In this document: in pieces, positions 36,104 to 46,466 of the stretch
Layout: every line of letters begins with the position of its first letter
Position numbering within the stretch: position 1 is the first letter of the stretch
The notes under the pieces: model-generated
The model's input: the letters and a program-made list of their open reading frames with translations, nothing else
The model's database searches: none
What the model was told of the DNA's origin: nothing
Program-made: the position numbers and the translations under genes
Assembly: GCA_038252405.1 (NCBI GenBank)
Contig: JBBSAJ010000001.1
Span: 50,530 to 114,529 of the forward strand
DNA from: Actinomycetes bacterium
Lineage (GTDB): Bacteria > Actinomycetota > Actinomycetes > Prado026
Direction of reading: 5' to 3'
DNA length: 64,000 bases

Positions 36104-36210
36104 GCATGAAGGGCACCTTCTGTGCGCACTGCCGCACAAAGGCGCCCTTCATCGGTGCGGCATGAGGGGTGGACTGTTGCGGCCTTGCGCACAGAAGGTG
36201 CCCTTCATGC
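36104..36210. repeat. REP/BIME-like element, copy B: two ~50-bp hairpin units head-to-head (107 bp) between the converging atpC and adenosyltransferase genes
   Basis: The outer 25-nt arms are a perfect inverted repeat (gcatgaagggcaccttctgtgcgca / tgcgcacagaaggtgcccttcatgc). The element contains four CATGAAGG / CCTTCATG words. Confidence 0.85.
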
Positions 36211-36226
36211 AAGAAGGGGGTGGGGG

Positions 36227-36814
36227 TCAGGTGCGGGTGGCGCCGGGCTGCCAGAGCACGTCGCCGTCGCCTCCTGCCGCCGGGGTGTTGGCCACCCGGG
36301 ACAGGATGAACAGCAGGTCCGAGAGCCGGTTGAGGTAGCGCGCGGTCAGCGGGTTCATGGTGTCCGCGTACGTCTCCAACGCCGTCCAGGTCGAACGTTC
36401 GGCGCGGCGGACCACCGTGCGAGCCACGTGCAGCAGCGCCGTCCCCGCCGTGCCGCCCGGCAGCACGAACGAGCGCAGCGTGGGCAGCGGCTCGTTGTAG
36501 GTGTCGCAGGCGCGCTCGAGCCGGTCGACGTACTCGGGTTCGACCCGCAGCGGCGGGAACTTCGGGTCCGGGACGACGGGCGTGCACAGGTCGGCGCCCA
36601 CGTCGAACAGCTCGTTTTGGATCCGCAGCAGCAGCGCGCGGACGGCGTCGGGCAGCCCGCCCAGGGCCAGCGCCACCCCGAGGGCGGTGTTCGCCTCGTC
36701 CACGTCGGCGTAGGCCACCAGCCGGGGGTCGGTCTTGGACGTGCGGCTCAGGTCGCCGAGTGCGGTGGTGCCGTCGTCGCCGGTGCGGGTGTAGATGCGC
36801 GTGAGGTTGACCAC
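36227..36814 (-). CDS. Cob(I)yrinic acid a,c-diamide / cob(I)alamin adenosyltransferase (PduO-type)
   Basis: The protein begins [48 protein letters not shown], the PduO/MMAB family N-terminus. It is syntenic with Mtb Rv1314c. Confidence 0.85.
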   Translation of the reverse strand: MVNLTRIYTRTGDDGTTALGDLSRTSKTDPRLVAYADVDEANTALGVALALGGLPDAVRALLLRIQNELFDVGADLCTPVVPDPKFPPLRVEPEYVDRLERACDTYNEPLPTLRSFVLPGGTAGTALLHVARTVVRRAERSTWTALETYADTMNPLTARYLNRLSDLLFILSRVANTPAAGGDGDVLWQPGATRT

Positions 36815-36862
36815 GCCACGAGCCTAAGCCTCGGCCGGACCCGGCCGCCCTACCCTGGCCTG

Positions 36863-38143
36863 GTGGAGCGGTTGCGGGTCGAGGGCGGGGTGCGGCTCGC
36901 GGGCGAGGTCAGCGTCGCCGGGGCCAAGAACAGCGTGCTCAAGCTGATGGCCGCGACCCTGCTGGCGCAGGGCACCTCGACCCTGCACGAGGTGCCCGAC
37001 ATCGTCGACGTCGAGATCATGGCCGAGCTGCTGCGCCGGCTCGGCTGCACCGTCACCCACGACCGGGCCGCCGCGACCGTGTCCATCGACGTCCCGGAGC
37101 GGCTGGGGCACCAGGCCGACTACGACCTGGTCCGCCGGATGCGGGCCTCCATCTGCGTCCTGGGGCCGCTGGTGGCCCGCTGCGGGCAGGCGGACGTCGC
37201 CCGGCCCGGAGGGGACGCCATCGGGGTCCGGCCGCTTGACCTGCACGTGGACGGGCTGGTGCGGCTCGGGGCGACCGTCGAGACCGAGCACGGCTACATC
37301 GTGGCCAAGGCGCCGTCCGGGCTGGTCGGGGCGCCGATCTGGCTGGACTTCCCCAGCGTCGGCGCCACCGAGAACCTGCTGATGGCCGCGGTCCTCGCCA
37401 CGGGCACCACGGTGATCGACAACGCGGCCCGGGAGCCGGAGATCGTCGACCTGTGCCACCTGCTCACCGCCATGGGGGCGCGCATCGGCGGGGCGGGCAG
37501 CTCCACCCTGGAGGTGGAGGGGGTGCCGAGCCTGTACCCGGCCGAGCACACCACCGTGCCGGACCGCATCGTGGTCGGCACCTGGGCGATCGCCGCGGTG
37601 ATGACCAGGGGCGACGTCACGGTCCGCAACGCCCGCCCGGAGCACCTGGAGATGGTGCTGGACAAGCTGTCCAGCACCGGCGCGCAGATCGACCGGCTGG
37701 ACGACGGCGTGCGGGTGGCGTGCGAGCGCCGCCCGAGCGCGGTGGACGTCGTCACCCTGCCGTACCCCGGGTTCCCGACCGACCTGCAGCCGATGCTGCT
37801 GGCGCTGAACGCCGTCGCGGACGGCTCGGCCATGGTCACCGAGAACGTCTACGAGGCGCGCTTCGTGTTCGTGGACGAGCTGCAGCGGCTGGGCGCCGAC
37901 ATCCGCACCGACGGTCACCACGCCGTGGTCCGGGGCAGGGAGCGGCTGTCCGGGGCGCCGGTGCGGGCGACCGACATCCGGGCCGCGGCGGGCCTGGTCC
38001 TCGCCGGGCTGGTGGCCGACGGCGTGACGACGGTGGGCGAGGTGCACCACCTGGACCGCGGCTACCCCGACTTCGACGCTCAGCTGCGTGCCCTGGGCGC
38101 CGACGTCCGCCGCGAGCCGGACCCGCTGGGCGCGGTCGGCTGA
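36863..38143 (+). CDS. murA: UDP-N-acetylglucosamine 1-carboxyvinyltransferase
   Basis: The protein begins [35 protein letters not shown], the typical MurA start. GTG start; the upstream long ORF extension is rejected. Confidence 0.9.
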   Translation: MERLRVEGGVRLAGEVSVAGAKNSVLKLMAATLLAQGTSTLHEVPDIVDVEIMAELLRRLGCTVTHDRAAATVSIDVPERLGHQADYDLVRRMRASICVLGPLVARCGQADVARPGGDAIGVRPLDLHVDGLVRLGATVETEHGYIVAKAPSGLVGAPIWLDFPSVGATENLLMAAVLATGTTVIDNAAREPEIVDLCHLLTAMGARIGGAGSSTLEVEGVPSLYPAEHTTVPDRIVVGTWAIAAVMTRGDVTVRNARPEHLEMVLDKLSSTGAQIDRLDDGVRVACERRPSAVDVVTLPYPGFPTDLQPMLLALNAVADGSAMVTENVYEARFVFVDELQRLGADIRTDGHHAVVRGRERLSGAPVRATDIRAAAGLVLAGLVADGVTTVGEVHHLDRGYPDFDAQLRALGADVRREPDPLGAVG

Positions 38144-38886
38144 CCGCGCACGACACCGAGCCGCGCTCGCTGGTCGTCGGAGAGCGGCTTCACGGCCTCG
38201 CGCAGGGTCACCCCGGAGACCCGGGACACTCGCGGCACCAGCCACGCCACGACCTCGTCGGGCCGGGTCCGGGCCGTCTCCCGGAGCACCCAGCCGATGG
38301 CCTTGCGGATGAAGAACTCCTTCTCGTCGAGCATCCGGTCGGCGTGCCGAGCGAACCGGGAGAAGTCCCCGCCGTCACGCAGCAGCTTGAGCTCGGCGAG
38401 CAGTGCCGCCCGCCGCACCCAGAAGTCGTCGTCGGCCGCCCATCGGTCCAGCGTCGCGCCGACGACGGCGTCGTCCGGTGCCGCCCGAACGATCCGGCCG
38501 GCGACGTCGGCAGCCAGCCCGTCGACCAGGGCCCAGGTCTTCGACTCCCGCACGAGGCGTTCGACCCGACCCAGGTCGGCCGGGGAGAGTCGGTCCGGAT
38601 ACCGGTCGAGCACCTCGACCGCCAGCATCCGCCGCTCGTGCACCGGCGCCGACCACAGCGCCTCGACCAGTCGGACGACGTCGTCATGCCCCAGATCCGG
38701 GCGGCTGCCCTGCAGCCGGACGGCGGCCGCCCGGATCGCGGGCACCGACGTGCCGAAGTGCTCGAGCGAGCTCCTCAGGTAGGCCCGCTCCGTGGCGGCC
38801 CGCTCCGGCCCGCCCGCGGTCCGCAGCTCCTGCTCCAGCTCAGGGACGAGCGCAGTGACGTCCTCCCTGGCGGTTGGTCCGCTCAA
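38080..38886 (-). CDS. DNA alkylation repair enzyme (AlkD/AlkC-like HEAT-repeat glycosylase family)
   Basis: The protein contains ...[13 protein letters not shown]... and the WALVDGLA motif typical of PF08713. A TTG start is chosen just after the upstream gene's stop; the track ORF extends to 38940. The 3' end overlaps the murA 3' end by ~64 bp. Confidence 0.65.
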   Translation of the reverse strand: MSGPTAREDVTALVPELEQELRTAGGPERAATERAYLRSSLEHFGTSVPAIRAAAVRLQGSRPDLGHDDVVRLVEALWSAPVHERRMLAVEVLDRYPDRLSPADLGRVERLVRESKTWALVDGLAADVAGRIVRAAPDDAVVGATLDRWAADDDFWVRRAALLAELKLLRDGGDFSRFARHADRMLDEKEFFIRKAIGWVLRETARTRPDEVVAWLVPRVSRVSGVTLREAVKPLSDDQRARLGVVRGQPTAPSGSGSRRTSAPRARS

Positions 38887-38887
38887 C

Positions 38888-39223
38888 CTAGGCTCCGGCC
38901 GGTGGGGGTTGCAGCAGCTCGCGGGCACGCTGTGCGTCACCGGGGAAGACCAGCACCCGCGGACCGGACTGGGTCACCGCGAGCGTCGCGCGCAGCCCGG
39001 CCTGCTCGAGGGCCTGGCGCTGCCGCTCACCCTCCGGGTAGTCGGGCGGGGCGGCCACCGGGACGAGCAGTCCGTAGTCCGAGGGATCGCCCGGTCGCAC
39101 CGGCCGGGCGACCAGCGAGCCGCCGTGCCCGAAGGCCCAGCGCAGCAACAGCACGAGCAGGCCGAGCCCGCCGAACGCCAGCAACGGCCCGAAGGCGTAC
39201 GAGTAGGCGTTCCAGCTGGCCAC
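38888..39223 (-). CDS. Hypothetical small membrane-anchored protein (N-terminal TM plus soluble domain)
   Basis: A 111-aa protein with very high GC3. The N-terminal hydrophobic segment is FGPLLAFGGLGLLVLLLRWAF. Confidence 0.5.
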   Translation of the reverse strand: MASWNAYSYAFGPLLAFGGLGLLVLLLRWAFGHGGSLVARPVRPGDPSDYGLLVPVAAPPDYPEGERQRQALEQAGLRATLAVTQSGPRVLVFPGDAQRARELLQPPPAGA

Positions 39224-39514
39224 GTCACCAGTGTGGCCCGCCCCGCGAGAGCCGGCACCCCAGCGCCAGGGTCGCCAGCGGGGCCGGGTGATGGGGCTGC
39301 GGATGGTCGCCGCGGGTGATCTCGGCCGCAGGACCGGGCGGGGCCTCGACCACTACGGCGGGTGAGCCGGACGCGCGCCCTGCGTGTCGCGCCCCCCGAG
39401 GCCGAAGCAGCCCCTAGCCTGTCGGCACCACAGTCGGTGGCGGTCCCTTCCCCTCCCGGCGACCCGCTGGCTCGCGGGTCGCTCGGTGTGTGGCCGCCCC
39501 CGGAGGGAGAGGCC

Positions 39515-39853
39515 ATGCGGGACGCAGGTGCGGGTTCGTCGCCGAGCGTGGATCTCCGGCTGCCCGAGCGGCTGGACGTGTCGACCGTGGCGTCGGTCCG
39601 AGACGCGCTGGGCTGTGCCCTGGCGGCCAGCCCCACGGGTGACGTCGTGGCGGACGTCTCCTTGGTCGAGGTCGTGGACGCCGTCGGGCTCGGGCTGCTG
39701 GTCACCACGCACCGCACCTGCGTCCGGCTGGGCGGACGGCTCGTCCTCGTCGACCCCCAGCCGCGGCTGCTGCGGCTGCTGGCGGTCACCCGGCTGCACC
39801 GGGTGCTCTACCTCGACCGGGAGGCCGCCGCCCGCGGGGCGGCCACCGCCTGA
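39515..39853 (+). CDS. STAS-domain protein (anti-sigma-factor antagonist-like)
   Basis: The ATG is preceded by a GGAGGGAGAGG RBS. The protein contains ...LDVSTVASVRDALGCALAASPTGDVVADVSLVEVVDAVGLGLLVTTHRTCVRLGGRLVLV, which is the SpoIIAA-like fold pattern. Confidence 0.7.
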   Translation: MRDAGAGSSPSVDLRLPERLDVSTVASVRDALGCALAASPTGDVVADVSLVEVVDAVGLGLLVTTHRTCVRLGGRLVLVDPQPRLLRLLAVTRLHRVLYLDREAAARGAATA

Positions 39854-39915
39854 CCCGACGCCGGTTACCGCTCAGTAGGCTCGTCTGGTGGGACGACGCG
39901 TGAGGGGTGCTCGCC

Positions 39916-41922
39916 ATGAGCGGTGACCGGGACAAGCCGTGGGTCATGCGGACGTACGCGGGGCACTCCTCGCCGGCGGCGTCCAACGCGCTGTACCGGC
40001 GCAACCTGGCCAAGGGGCAGACCGGGCTGTCGGTGGCCTTCGACCTGCCCACCCAGACCGGCTACGACCCGGACGACGCCCTGGCCCGTGGCGAGGTCGG
40101 CAAGGTCGGCGTCCCGGTCAGCCACCTCGGCGACCTGCGCGGGCTGTTCGACGGCATCCCGCTGGGCGAGATGAACACGTCGATGACCATCAACGCGACC
40201 GCCATGTGGCTGCTCGCGCTGTACCAGGTCAGCGCCGAGGAGCAGGGCGTCGACCCGGCCGTGCTGCAGGGCACCACCCAAAACGACATCGTCAAGGAGT
40301 ACCTGTCGCGGGGCACCTACGTCTTCCCGCCTGCGCCCTCGATGCGGCTGACCACGGACCTCATCGCGTACACGGTCAACCACCTGCCCAAGTGGAACCC
40401 GATCAACATCTGCAGCTACCACCTGCAGGAGGCCGGTGCCACGACGGTCCAGGAGATCGCCTACGCGCTGTCGACCGCGACCGCCGTGCTGGACGCCGTC
40501 CGCGACTCGGGGCAGGTCCCGCCCGAGCGGTTCGGCCAGGTGGTCGAGCGGATCTCGTTCTTCGTCAACGCCGGGGTGCGGTTCGTCGAGGAGCTGTGCA
40601 AGATGCGGGCCTTCGTGGTGCTGTGGGACGAGCTGACCCAGGAGCGCTACGGGGTCGTCGACGCGAAGCAGCGGCGGTTCCGGTACGGCGTCCAGGTGAA
40701 CTCACTCGGCCTGACCGAGGCCCAGCCGGAGAACAATGTGCAGCGGATCGTGCTGGAGATGCTCGGGGTCACCCTGAGCAGGGACGCCAGGGCCCGCGCC
40801 ATCCAGCTGCCCGCGTGGAACGAGGCGCTGGGCCTGCCCCGGCCGTGGGACCAGCAGTGGTCGCTGCGCATGCAGCAGGTGCTGGCCTACGAGTCGGACC
40901 TGCTGGAGTACGACGACCTGTTCGCCGGCTCGCACGTCGTGGCGGCCAAGACCGCGGAGCTGGTGGCCGCGGCGCGCGCCGAGATGGCCACGGTGGAGCA
41001 GCTGGGCGGCGCGGTGGTCGCCATCGACAGCGGCTACATGAAGCACGAGCTGGTCGCGGCGCACGCGGCCCGGCGGGCCCGCATCGAGTCCGGGCAGGAC
41101 GTGGTCGTCGGGGTCAACCAGTTCACCTCGACCGAGCCCAACCCGCTCACGGCGGACCTGCCGGCCGCGATCCAGACCATCGACCCGGCGGTCGAGCAGC
41201 ACGCGGTCGACGCGTTGGGGGAGTGGCGGGCGGCGCGGGACGCCGACGAGGTGGCGGCCGCGCTGGCCGAGCTGCGCAGCGTGGCGGCGGGCACCGCGAA
41301 CCTGATGCCGGCGACCCTGCGCTGCGCCACGGCGGGCGTCACCACGGGGGAGTGGGCCGGCGCGCTGCGCGCGGTCTTCGGGGAGTATCGGGCCCCCACC
41401 GGGGTGGCCGGCGTCGTGGGCATGTCGACGGCGAGCGACGAGCTGGTCGCCGTCCGGGAGGCCGTGCGGCGCACCGGGCAGGAGCTCGGTGGGAAGCTGC
41501 GGCTGCTGGTCGCCAAGCCCGGCCTGGACGGGCACTCGAACGGGGCCGAGCAGATCGCGGTACGCGCCAGGGACGCCGGCTTCGAGGTGGTCTACCAGGG
41601 CATCCGGTTGACCCCCGAGCAGATCGTCGCGGCCGCGGTCGCCGAGGACGTGCACTGCGTCGGGATCTCGATCCTGTCCGGCTCGCACCTGCAGCTGGTC
41701 CCGGAGATCGTCCAGGGGCTGCGGGCCGAGGGGCTCGTGGACGTCGCGGTGGTCGTGGGCGGCATCATCCCGGACGCCGACGCCGAGCAGCTCACCGCGC
41801 AGGGCGTGGCCGAGGTGTTCACCCCGAAGGACTTCGACATCACGGCGGTCATGGGGCGCATCGTCGAGCAGATCCGGCGGGCACACGGACTGCAGCCGCT
41901 GCTCGAGGGTGTCGGGCGCTGA
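39916..41922 (+). CDS. Methylmalonyl-CoA mutase family protein (fused substrate-binding TIM barrel plus C-terminal B12-binding domain; MCM/ICM/ethylmalonyl-CoA mutase type)
   Basis: The N-terminus is ...WVMRTYAGHSS.... The C-terminal region contains ...LLVAKPGLDGHSNGAEQIAVRARDAGFEVVYQGIRLTPEQIV, the DxHxxG B12-binding motif. Confidence 0.85.
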   Translation: MSGDRDKPWVMRTYAGHSSPAASNALYRRNLAKGQTGLSVAFDLPTQTGYDPDDALARGEVGKVGVPVSHLGDLRGLFDGIPLGEMNTSMTINATAMWLLALYQVSAEEQGVDPAVLQGTTQNDIVKEYLSRGTYVFPPAPSMRLTTDLIAYTVNHLPKWNPINICSYHLQEAGATTVQEIAYALSTATAVLDAVRDSGQVPPERFGQVVERISFFVNAGVRFVEELCKMRAFVVLWDELTQERYGVVDAKQRRFRYGVQVNSLGLTEAQPENNVQRIVLEMLGVTLSRDARARAIQLPAWNEALGLPRPWDQQWSLRMQQVLAYESDLLEYDDLFAGSHVVAAKTAELVAAARAEMATVEQLGGAVVAIDSGYMKHELVAAHAARRARIESGQDVVVGVNQFTSTEPNPLTADLPAAIQTIDPAVEQHAVDALGEWRAARDADEVAAALAELRSVAAGTANLMPATLRCATAGVTTGEWAGALRAVFGEYRAPTGVAGVVGMSTASDELVAVREAVRRTGQELGGKLRLLVAKPGLDGHSNGAEQIAVRARDAGFEVVYQGIRLTPEQIVAAAVAEDVHCVGISILSGSHLQLVPEIVQGLRAEGLVDVAVVVGGIIPDADAEQLTAQGVAEVFTPKDFDITAVMGRIVEQIRRAHGLQPLLEGVGR

Positions 41923-41929
41923 CCCGCGC

Positions 41930-42319
41930 TCAGTCCTCCGGGGGGTGCTCCTCGGTCGTCGGCTCGGTGGTCGGCTCGGTGGTCGGCTCCACCACGCGCT
42001 CGACCGTGTGCACGGCTGCAGGTGGCTCGCCGGCCGGCATCACACCGGGTGGGAACCCGACCCAGCCGTAGCGCTGGACGTGGTCGTCCAGCCGTTCCAA
42101 CGCCGCCTGCACCGCTCCCGGCTCACCGCCGCTGCGCTGCTCGCCGTAGTACGCGGCGCCGAGGTCGGCGAGCAGCCGGCTGGCATCGCGGCGCACCTGC
42201 CACTCGTCCAGCGCCTGCTGGCCGTGGGCCAGGGCGCTCTGCGCCTCCCGCACGACCTGCTGCGCTGCGGTCTTGGCCCGCTCGACGAGCTCCTCGTCCC
42301 ACTTCTTCGCGGTGTTCAT
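41930..42319 (-). CDS. Hypothetical acidic protein with C-terminal (EPTT)n tandem repeat; distal gene of the ABC-2 operon
   Basis: A 129-aa protein beginning MNTAKKWDEELVERAK... and ending ...VEPTTEPTTEPTTEEHPPED. GAGG RBS, high GC3, and a 12-bp DNA repeat x3.5 at 41955-41999. Confidence 0.55.
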   Translation of the reverse strand: MNTAKKWDEELVERAKTAAQQVVREAQSALAHGQQALDEWQVRRDASRLLADLGAAYYGEQRSGGEPGAVQAALERLDDHVQRYGWVGFPPGVMPAGEPPAAVHTVERVVEPTTEPTTEPTTEEHPPED

Positions 42320-42381
42320 GACCTCAGGGTAGGCCCGGACCGACTGGTGGGGCACCGGTCGTTCGACCCGCCGACGTCCGG

Positions 42382-43200
42382 TCAGACCTCCTCCCGGCGC
42401 TGCCAGCGGAAGCCGCGCAGGGCGAGGACGACGCCGACCACAGCCCACACGGTCAGCACGGCGGCCACCTTCCCCAGCTCCCAGCTGCCGGCCGGCTCCT
42501 GCCTGGCGAAGGACTCGGGCAGGAACACCGAACGCATCCCCTGGCACAGCCACTTGAGCGGGAAGAACGAGGACGCCACCTGCATCCAGTGCGGCAGCTG
42601 GGAGAACACGAAGAAGACGCCGGAGGTGAACTGCAGCACCAGGACGATCGGGGTGACCAGCGCGTTCGCCGTCCGGCCGGAGCGGACCGCGCCGGACATT
42701 GCGATCCCGAGCGACACGCACACGACCAGCCCGAGGGCGCTCACCCACAGCAAGGTGAACCACTGGGTGGCGGTGGCCGGCGGGCTGACGTCGAACAGCG
42801 CGGCCCCGATGAGCAGCAGCAGCACGACCTGACCGACGTAGCCGACCAGGACGACGCCGAACTTGCCGAGGAAGTAGGCGGCGGCCGGCATCGGGGTGCC
42901 GCGCAGCCGCTTGAGGGTGCCGTCGTCGCGCTCCATCGGGATCGCGAACGCGAGCTGCTGGAAGCCGCTGTAGACCAGGCCGGAGGCGATCATCCCGGCC
43001 AGGAAGTACTGCGCGAACGTGACGCTGCTGCCTTTGAAGACCGGGCCGGAGAAGACCGTGCCGAACACGAGCAGCAGCAGCATCGGGAACGAGAAGGTGA
43101 AGATCACCGTCTCGCGGCCACGGAAGAACGACTTGAGCTCGAGGAGGAACCGCTGCCAGCCGATGCTGCTGGTGCCCGGCAGGCGCGTGCTGGTGCTCAT
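42382..43200 (-). CDS. ABC-2 type transporter permease
   Basis: A six-TM protein beginning ...FRGRETVIFTFSFPMLLLLVFGTVFSG. Its ATG overlaps the ATPase stop (ATGA). Confidence 0.8.
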   Translation of the reverse strand: MSTSTRLPGTSSIGWQRFLLELKSFFRGRETVIFTFSFPMLLLLVFGTVFSGPVFKGSSVTFAQYFLAGMIASGLVYSGFQQLAFAIPMERDDGTLKRLRGTPMPAAAYFLGKFGVVLVGYVGQVVLLLLIGAALFDVSPPATATQWFTLLWVSALGLVVCVSLGIAMSGAVRSGRTANALVTPIVLVLQFTSGVFFVFSQLPHWMQVASSFFPLKWLCQGMRSVFLPESFARQEPAGSWELGKVAAVLTVWAVVGVVLALRGFRWQRREEV

Positions 43201-44060
43201 GGCGCCTCGTCGGACTCGGACGGCTGGGCCCCGACCAGCGTCAGGTAGACGTCCTCGAGGGTGGGTCGGCGGACGGCCAGCTCGGGGATCTCGCCGTCGA
43301 AGTGTGCCGCCAGCTCCTGCACGAACCGGGTGGGCTCGGAGGTCCGGGCCTCGCGGGGCTCACCGTCGCTCCAGGAGACCAGCGCCTTCGCCGTGCGGCG
43401 TCCGCCGAGGGTGGCGGGGTCGCCCAGAGCGGCGATGCGGCCGTCGACGATGACGGCGACCCGGTCGGCCAGGTGTTCGGCCTCCTCGAGGTAGTGCGTG
43501 GTCAGCAGGATGGTCGCGCCGTCGACCCGTAACGAGGCGATCAGGTCCCAGAACTCCCGCCGGGCCTCCGGGTCGAACCCGGTGGTCGGCTCGTCCAGGA
43601 ACAGCAGCTCGGGGCGGCCGATGATGCCGAGCGCGACGTCCAGCCGCCGGCGCTGGCCGCCGGACAGGTCGGTCACCTTCGACCGGCGCTTCTCGGTCAG
43701 CCCCACCGCGGCGATCACCTGGTCGGGGTCGCGGGGGTTCGGGTAGTACGTCGAGAAGTGCCCTACGACCTCGTCCACCCTGAGGTCGGCGAGGTCGGCG
43801 GCGGACTGCAGCACGATGCCGATCCGGGCCCGCCAGGCCGGCGTGGGATGGGACGGGTCCTCCCCGAGCACACGCACCGTGCCGGCGTCGGCGTGCCGGT
43901 ACCCCTCCAGGATCTCGACCGTCGTCGTCTTGCCGGCGCCGTTCGGACCGAGCAGCGCGAAGCACTCGCCGGGGTCGATCGCCAGGTCGATGCCGTCGAC
44001 CGCCTGGGTGTCCCCGTAGGCCTTGCGCAGGGAGCTCACCCGGATCGCTGACTCGGCCAT
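43197..44060 (-). CDS. ABC transporter ATP-binding protein
   Basis: The protein begins MAESAIRVSSLRKAYGDTQAVDGIDLAIDPGECFALLGPNGAGKTTT, with the signature LSGGQRRRL and the Walker B motif LLFLDEPTTG. Confidence 0.85.
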   Translation of the reverse strand: MAESAIRVSSLRKAYGDTQAVDGIDLAIDPGECFALLGPNGAGKTTTVEILEGYRHADAGTVRVLGEDPSHPTPAWRARIGIVLQSAADLADLRVDEVVGHFSTYYPNPRDPDQVIAAVGLTEKRRSKVTDLSGGQRRRLDVALGIIGRPELLFLDEPTTGFDPEARREFWDLIASLRVDGATILLTTHYLEEAEHLADRVAVIVDGRIAALGDPATLGGRRTAKALVSWSDGEPREARTSEPTRFVQELAAHFDGEIPELAVRRPTLEDVYLTLVGAQPSESDEAP

Positions 44061-44125
44061 GGCTCGATCGTGTCCGGCCTGGCCCGCTCGGTCAACGGGG
44101 CTGGCGCGGCGCCCGGCCGGCGGCC

Positions 44126-44800
44126 TCAGAACAGCCGCAGGCCGGGGTCGTCGTGCCCGCGCAGGGCGTCGTAATCGACGGTCAGGCACTCGATCCCGCG
44201 GTCGGTGGCCAGCACCCGGGCCTGTGCCTTGATCTCCTGTGCTGCGAAGACGCCGCGGACCGGCGCGAGGAGCGGGTCCCGGTTGAGCAGCTCGAGGTAG
44301 CGGGTCAGCTGCTCCACGCCGTCGATCTCGCCGCGCCGCTTGACCTCGACCGCGACCGTCGCGCCGGCGGCGTCCCGGCAGAGCAGGTCGACCGGGCCGA
44401 TGGCGGTCGGGTACTCACGACGAACCAGCCGCCAGCCGGCGCCGAAAGTCTCGACATGGGTGGCCAGCAGGTGCTGCAGGTGCGCCTCGACGCCGTCCTT
44501 GACCAGGCCCGGGTCGACGCCCAGCTCGTGGGCCGAGTCGTGCAGGACCTCCTCGATCGTGATCACCAGCTGCTCGGCGGCCTTGTTGACGACCGTCCAG
44601 GTACCGGCGCCGTCGTCGTCGACGTCCTCGCGGATGGCGCACGGCGGGCTCATCCAGTTCAGCGGCTTGTAGGCGCGGTCGTCGGCGTGGATCGACACCG
44701 ACCCGTCCGCCTTGACCAGCAGCAGCCGGGTGGCGCTGGGCAGGTGGGCGGTGAGCCGGCCGACGTAGTCGACGCTGCACCGGGCGATGACGAGCCGCAC
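44126..44800 (-). CDS. nucS: Endonuclease NucS (EndoMS, mismatch-specific)
   Basis: The N-terminus [54 protein letters not shown] matches the mycobacterial NucS N-terminus (MRLVIA...). Alternative GTG starts at 44809 and 44827 are possible. Confidence 0.85.
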   Translation of the reverse strand: MRLVIARCSVDYVGRLTAHLPSATRLLLVKADGSVSIHADDRAYKPLNWMSPPCAIREDVDDDGAGTWTVVNKAAEQLVITIEEVLHDSAHELGVDPGLVKDGVEAHLQHLLATHVETFGAGWRLVRREYPTAIGPVDLLCRDAAGATVAVEVKRRGEIDGVEQLTRYLELLNRDPLLAPVRGVFAAQEIKAQARVLATDRGIECLTVDYDALRGHDDPGLRLF

Positions 44801-44867
44801 GCAAGGCACCGTAGTCGACCTCCGCATCCGGCTGCCGACCGGCGCAACCCCGGCTAGCGTTTCGAGG

Positions 44868-46466
44868 ATGGACGAGCGGCGGACCTACGACTACGTGATC
44901 GTCGGCGCGGGCAGCGCGGGGTGCGTGCTGGCCTACCGGCTGGCCGAGAGCGGCGCCTCGGTGCTGGTGCTGGAGGCGGGGGGCGACGACGCCGGGATCG
45001 ACATGATCAAGATCCCGGCCGGATTCCCGAACCTGTTCAAGACGGAGGTCGACTGGGACTACTCCACGACCGAGCAGAAACACCTGCTCGGGCGCCGGCT
45101 GTACTGGCCGCGCGGCAAGGTCGTCGGTGGGTCGTCGTCCATCAACGCCCAGCTCTACGTTCGCGGGAACGCGCTCGACTACGACACCTGGCGCGACGAC
45201 CTGGGCTGCGCCGGCTGGGGGTACGCCGAGCTGCTGCCGTACTTCAAGCGGGCCGAGGACAACGAGCGGGGCGCGTCGGCCTACCACGGGGTCGGCGGCC
45301 CGCTGCGGGTCGAGGACCTGCGGTTCCGCCACGACCTGACCCAGGCGTTCGTGGAGTCGGCCGTCGCCTTCGGGCTGCCGCGCAACGACGACTTCAACGC
45401 GGCCGCCCAGGACGGCGCCGGCTTCTTCCAGGTCACCCAGCGGCGCGGGGCCCGGTGGTCGGCGGCCAGCGCCTACCTGCGCCCGGCACTGGCCACCGGG
45501 GGCGTGACCCTGACGACCGGCGCGCTGGTGACCCGGGTGGTGGTCGAGGGCGGCCGGGCGGTCGGGGTGGACTGGCTGCAGGACGGCGTGGAACGGGGGG
45601 CGGACGCCGGGGCGGAGGTGGTCCTCTCCGGAGGCGCGGTGAACAGCCCGCAGCTGCTCATGCTCTCCGGGATCGGCCCGGCGCCGCACCTGCGGGAGCT
45701 GGGCCTGGCCGTGGTGTCCGACCTGCCCGGGGTCGGTGGCAACCTGCAGGACCACCTGGCGATCCCCGTGGTGTGGCTGACCCGAGGCACCACGTCGTTG
45801 CACGACCACGAGAACGTGCGCCAGCTGCTGCGCTGGCAGGCCACCCGACGGGGCCCGTTCGCCTCGACCGTGGCGGAGTCGTGCGCCTTCGTGCGGACCC
45901 GGGCCGACCTGCCGGCTCCCGACATCCAGTTCCACGTCGCCGCCGCGGCGTTCTTCGACAACGGGCTGGGCGAGCCGCCGGGACCGGGGTTCACGATGGC
46001 GCCCACGCTGGTGTCGGTCGCGAGCGCGGGCCGGCTGCGGCTGGCCTCGGCCGACCCGCGGTGGCGGCCCTCGATCGACGCCGGCTACCTCACCGCGGAC
46101 GAGGACCTCGAGGCGCTGACGGCGGGGGTCCGGATGGCCAGGGAGATCGCCGCGGTCGGCCCGCTCGGGCCGTTCCTGGACCGGGAGTTCCTCCCCGGGC
46201 CGGACGCGTCCGGCCCGGATGACCTGCGCGAGCACGTACGGCGCTGGAGCCAGACCCTGTACCACCCGGTGGGGACCTGCGCGATGGGGGTCGGGGACGA
46301 CTCGGTGGTCGACCTCGAGTGCCGGGTGCGCGGCGTGGCCGGGCTGCGGGTCGTGGACGCCTCGATCATGCCGTCGGTGCCGCGGGGCAACACCAACGCC
46401 CCGACGATCGCGCTGGCCGAGAAGGCGGCCGACCTGATCCTGGCCCACCCCGCCCCCTCCGCATGA
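44868..46466 (+). CDS. GMC family oxidoreductase (choline dehydrogenase-like)
   Basis: The protein contains [21 protein letters not shown], the FAD-binding fold, and [11 protein letters not shown]..., with a C-terminal ...[14 protein letters not shown]. Confidence 0.9.
   Translation: MDERRTYDYVIVGAGSAGCVLAYRLAESGASVLVLEAGGDDAGIDMIKIPAGFPNLFKTEVDWDYSTTEQKHLLGRRLYWPRGKVVGGSSSINAQLYVRGNALDYDTWRDDLGCAGWGYAELLPYFKRAEDNERGASAYHGVGGPLRVEDLRFRHDLTQAFVESAVAFGLPRNDDFNAAAQDGAGFFQVTQRRGARWSAASAYLRPALATGGVTLTTGALVTRVVVEGGRAVGVDWLQDGVERGADAGAEVVLSGGAVNSPQLLMLSGIGPAPHLRELGLAVVSDLPGVGGNLQDHLAIPVVWLTRGTTSLHDHENVRQLLRWQATRRGPFASTVAESCAFVRTRADLPAPDIQFHVAAAAFFDNGLGEPPGPGFTMAPTLVSVASAGRLRLASADPRWRPSIDAGYLTADEDLEALTAGVRMAREIAAVGPLGPFLDREFLPGPDASGPDDLREHVRRWSQTLYHPVGTCAMGVGDDSVVDLECRVRGVAGLRVVDASIMPSVPRGNTNAPTIALAEKAADLILAHPAPSA

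Noticed and set aside
39362-39514. Longer 163-aa form of the STAS protein starting at GTG 39362
   Set aside because: The N-terminal 51 residues are proline-rich and disordered, with no RBS. The ATG at 39515 has a strong GGAGGGAGAGG Shine-Dalgarno and gives a canonical ~112-aa STAS length.
38974-39789. 271-aa minus-strand ORF (S/T/R-rich) between the small membrane protein and the STAS gene
   Set aside because: Arg/Ser/Thr-rich composition typical of an off-frame read of GC-rich DNA. It overlaps the well-supported STAS CDS on the plus strand.
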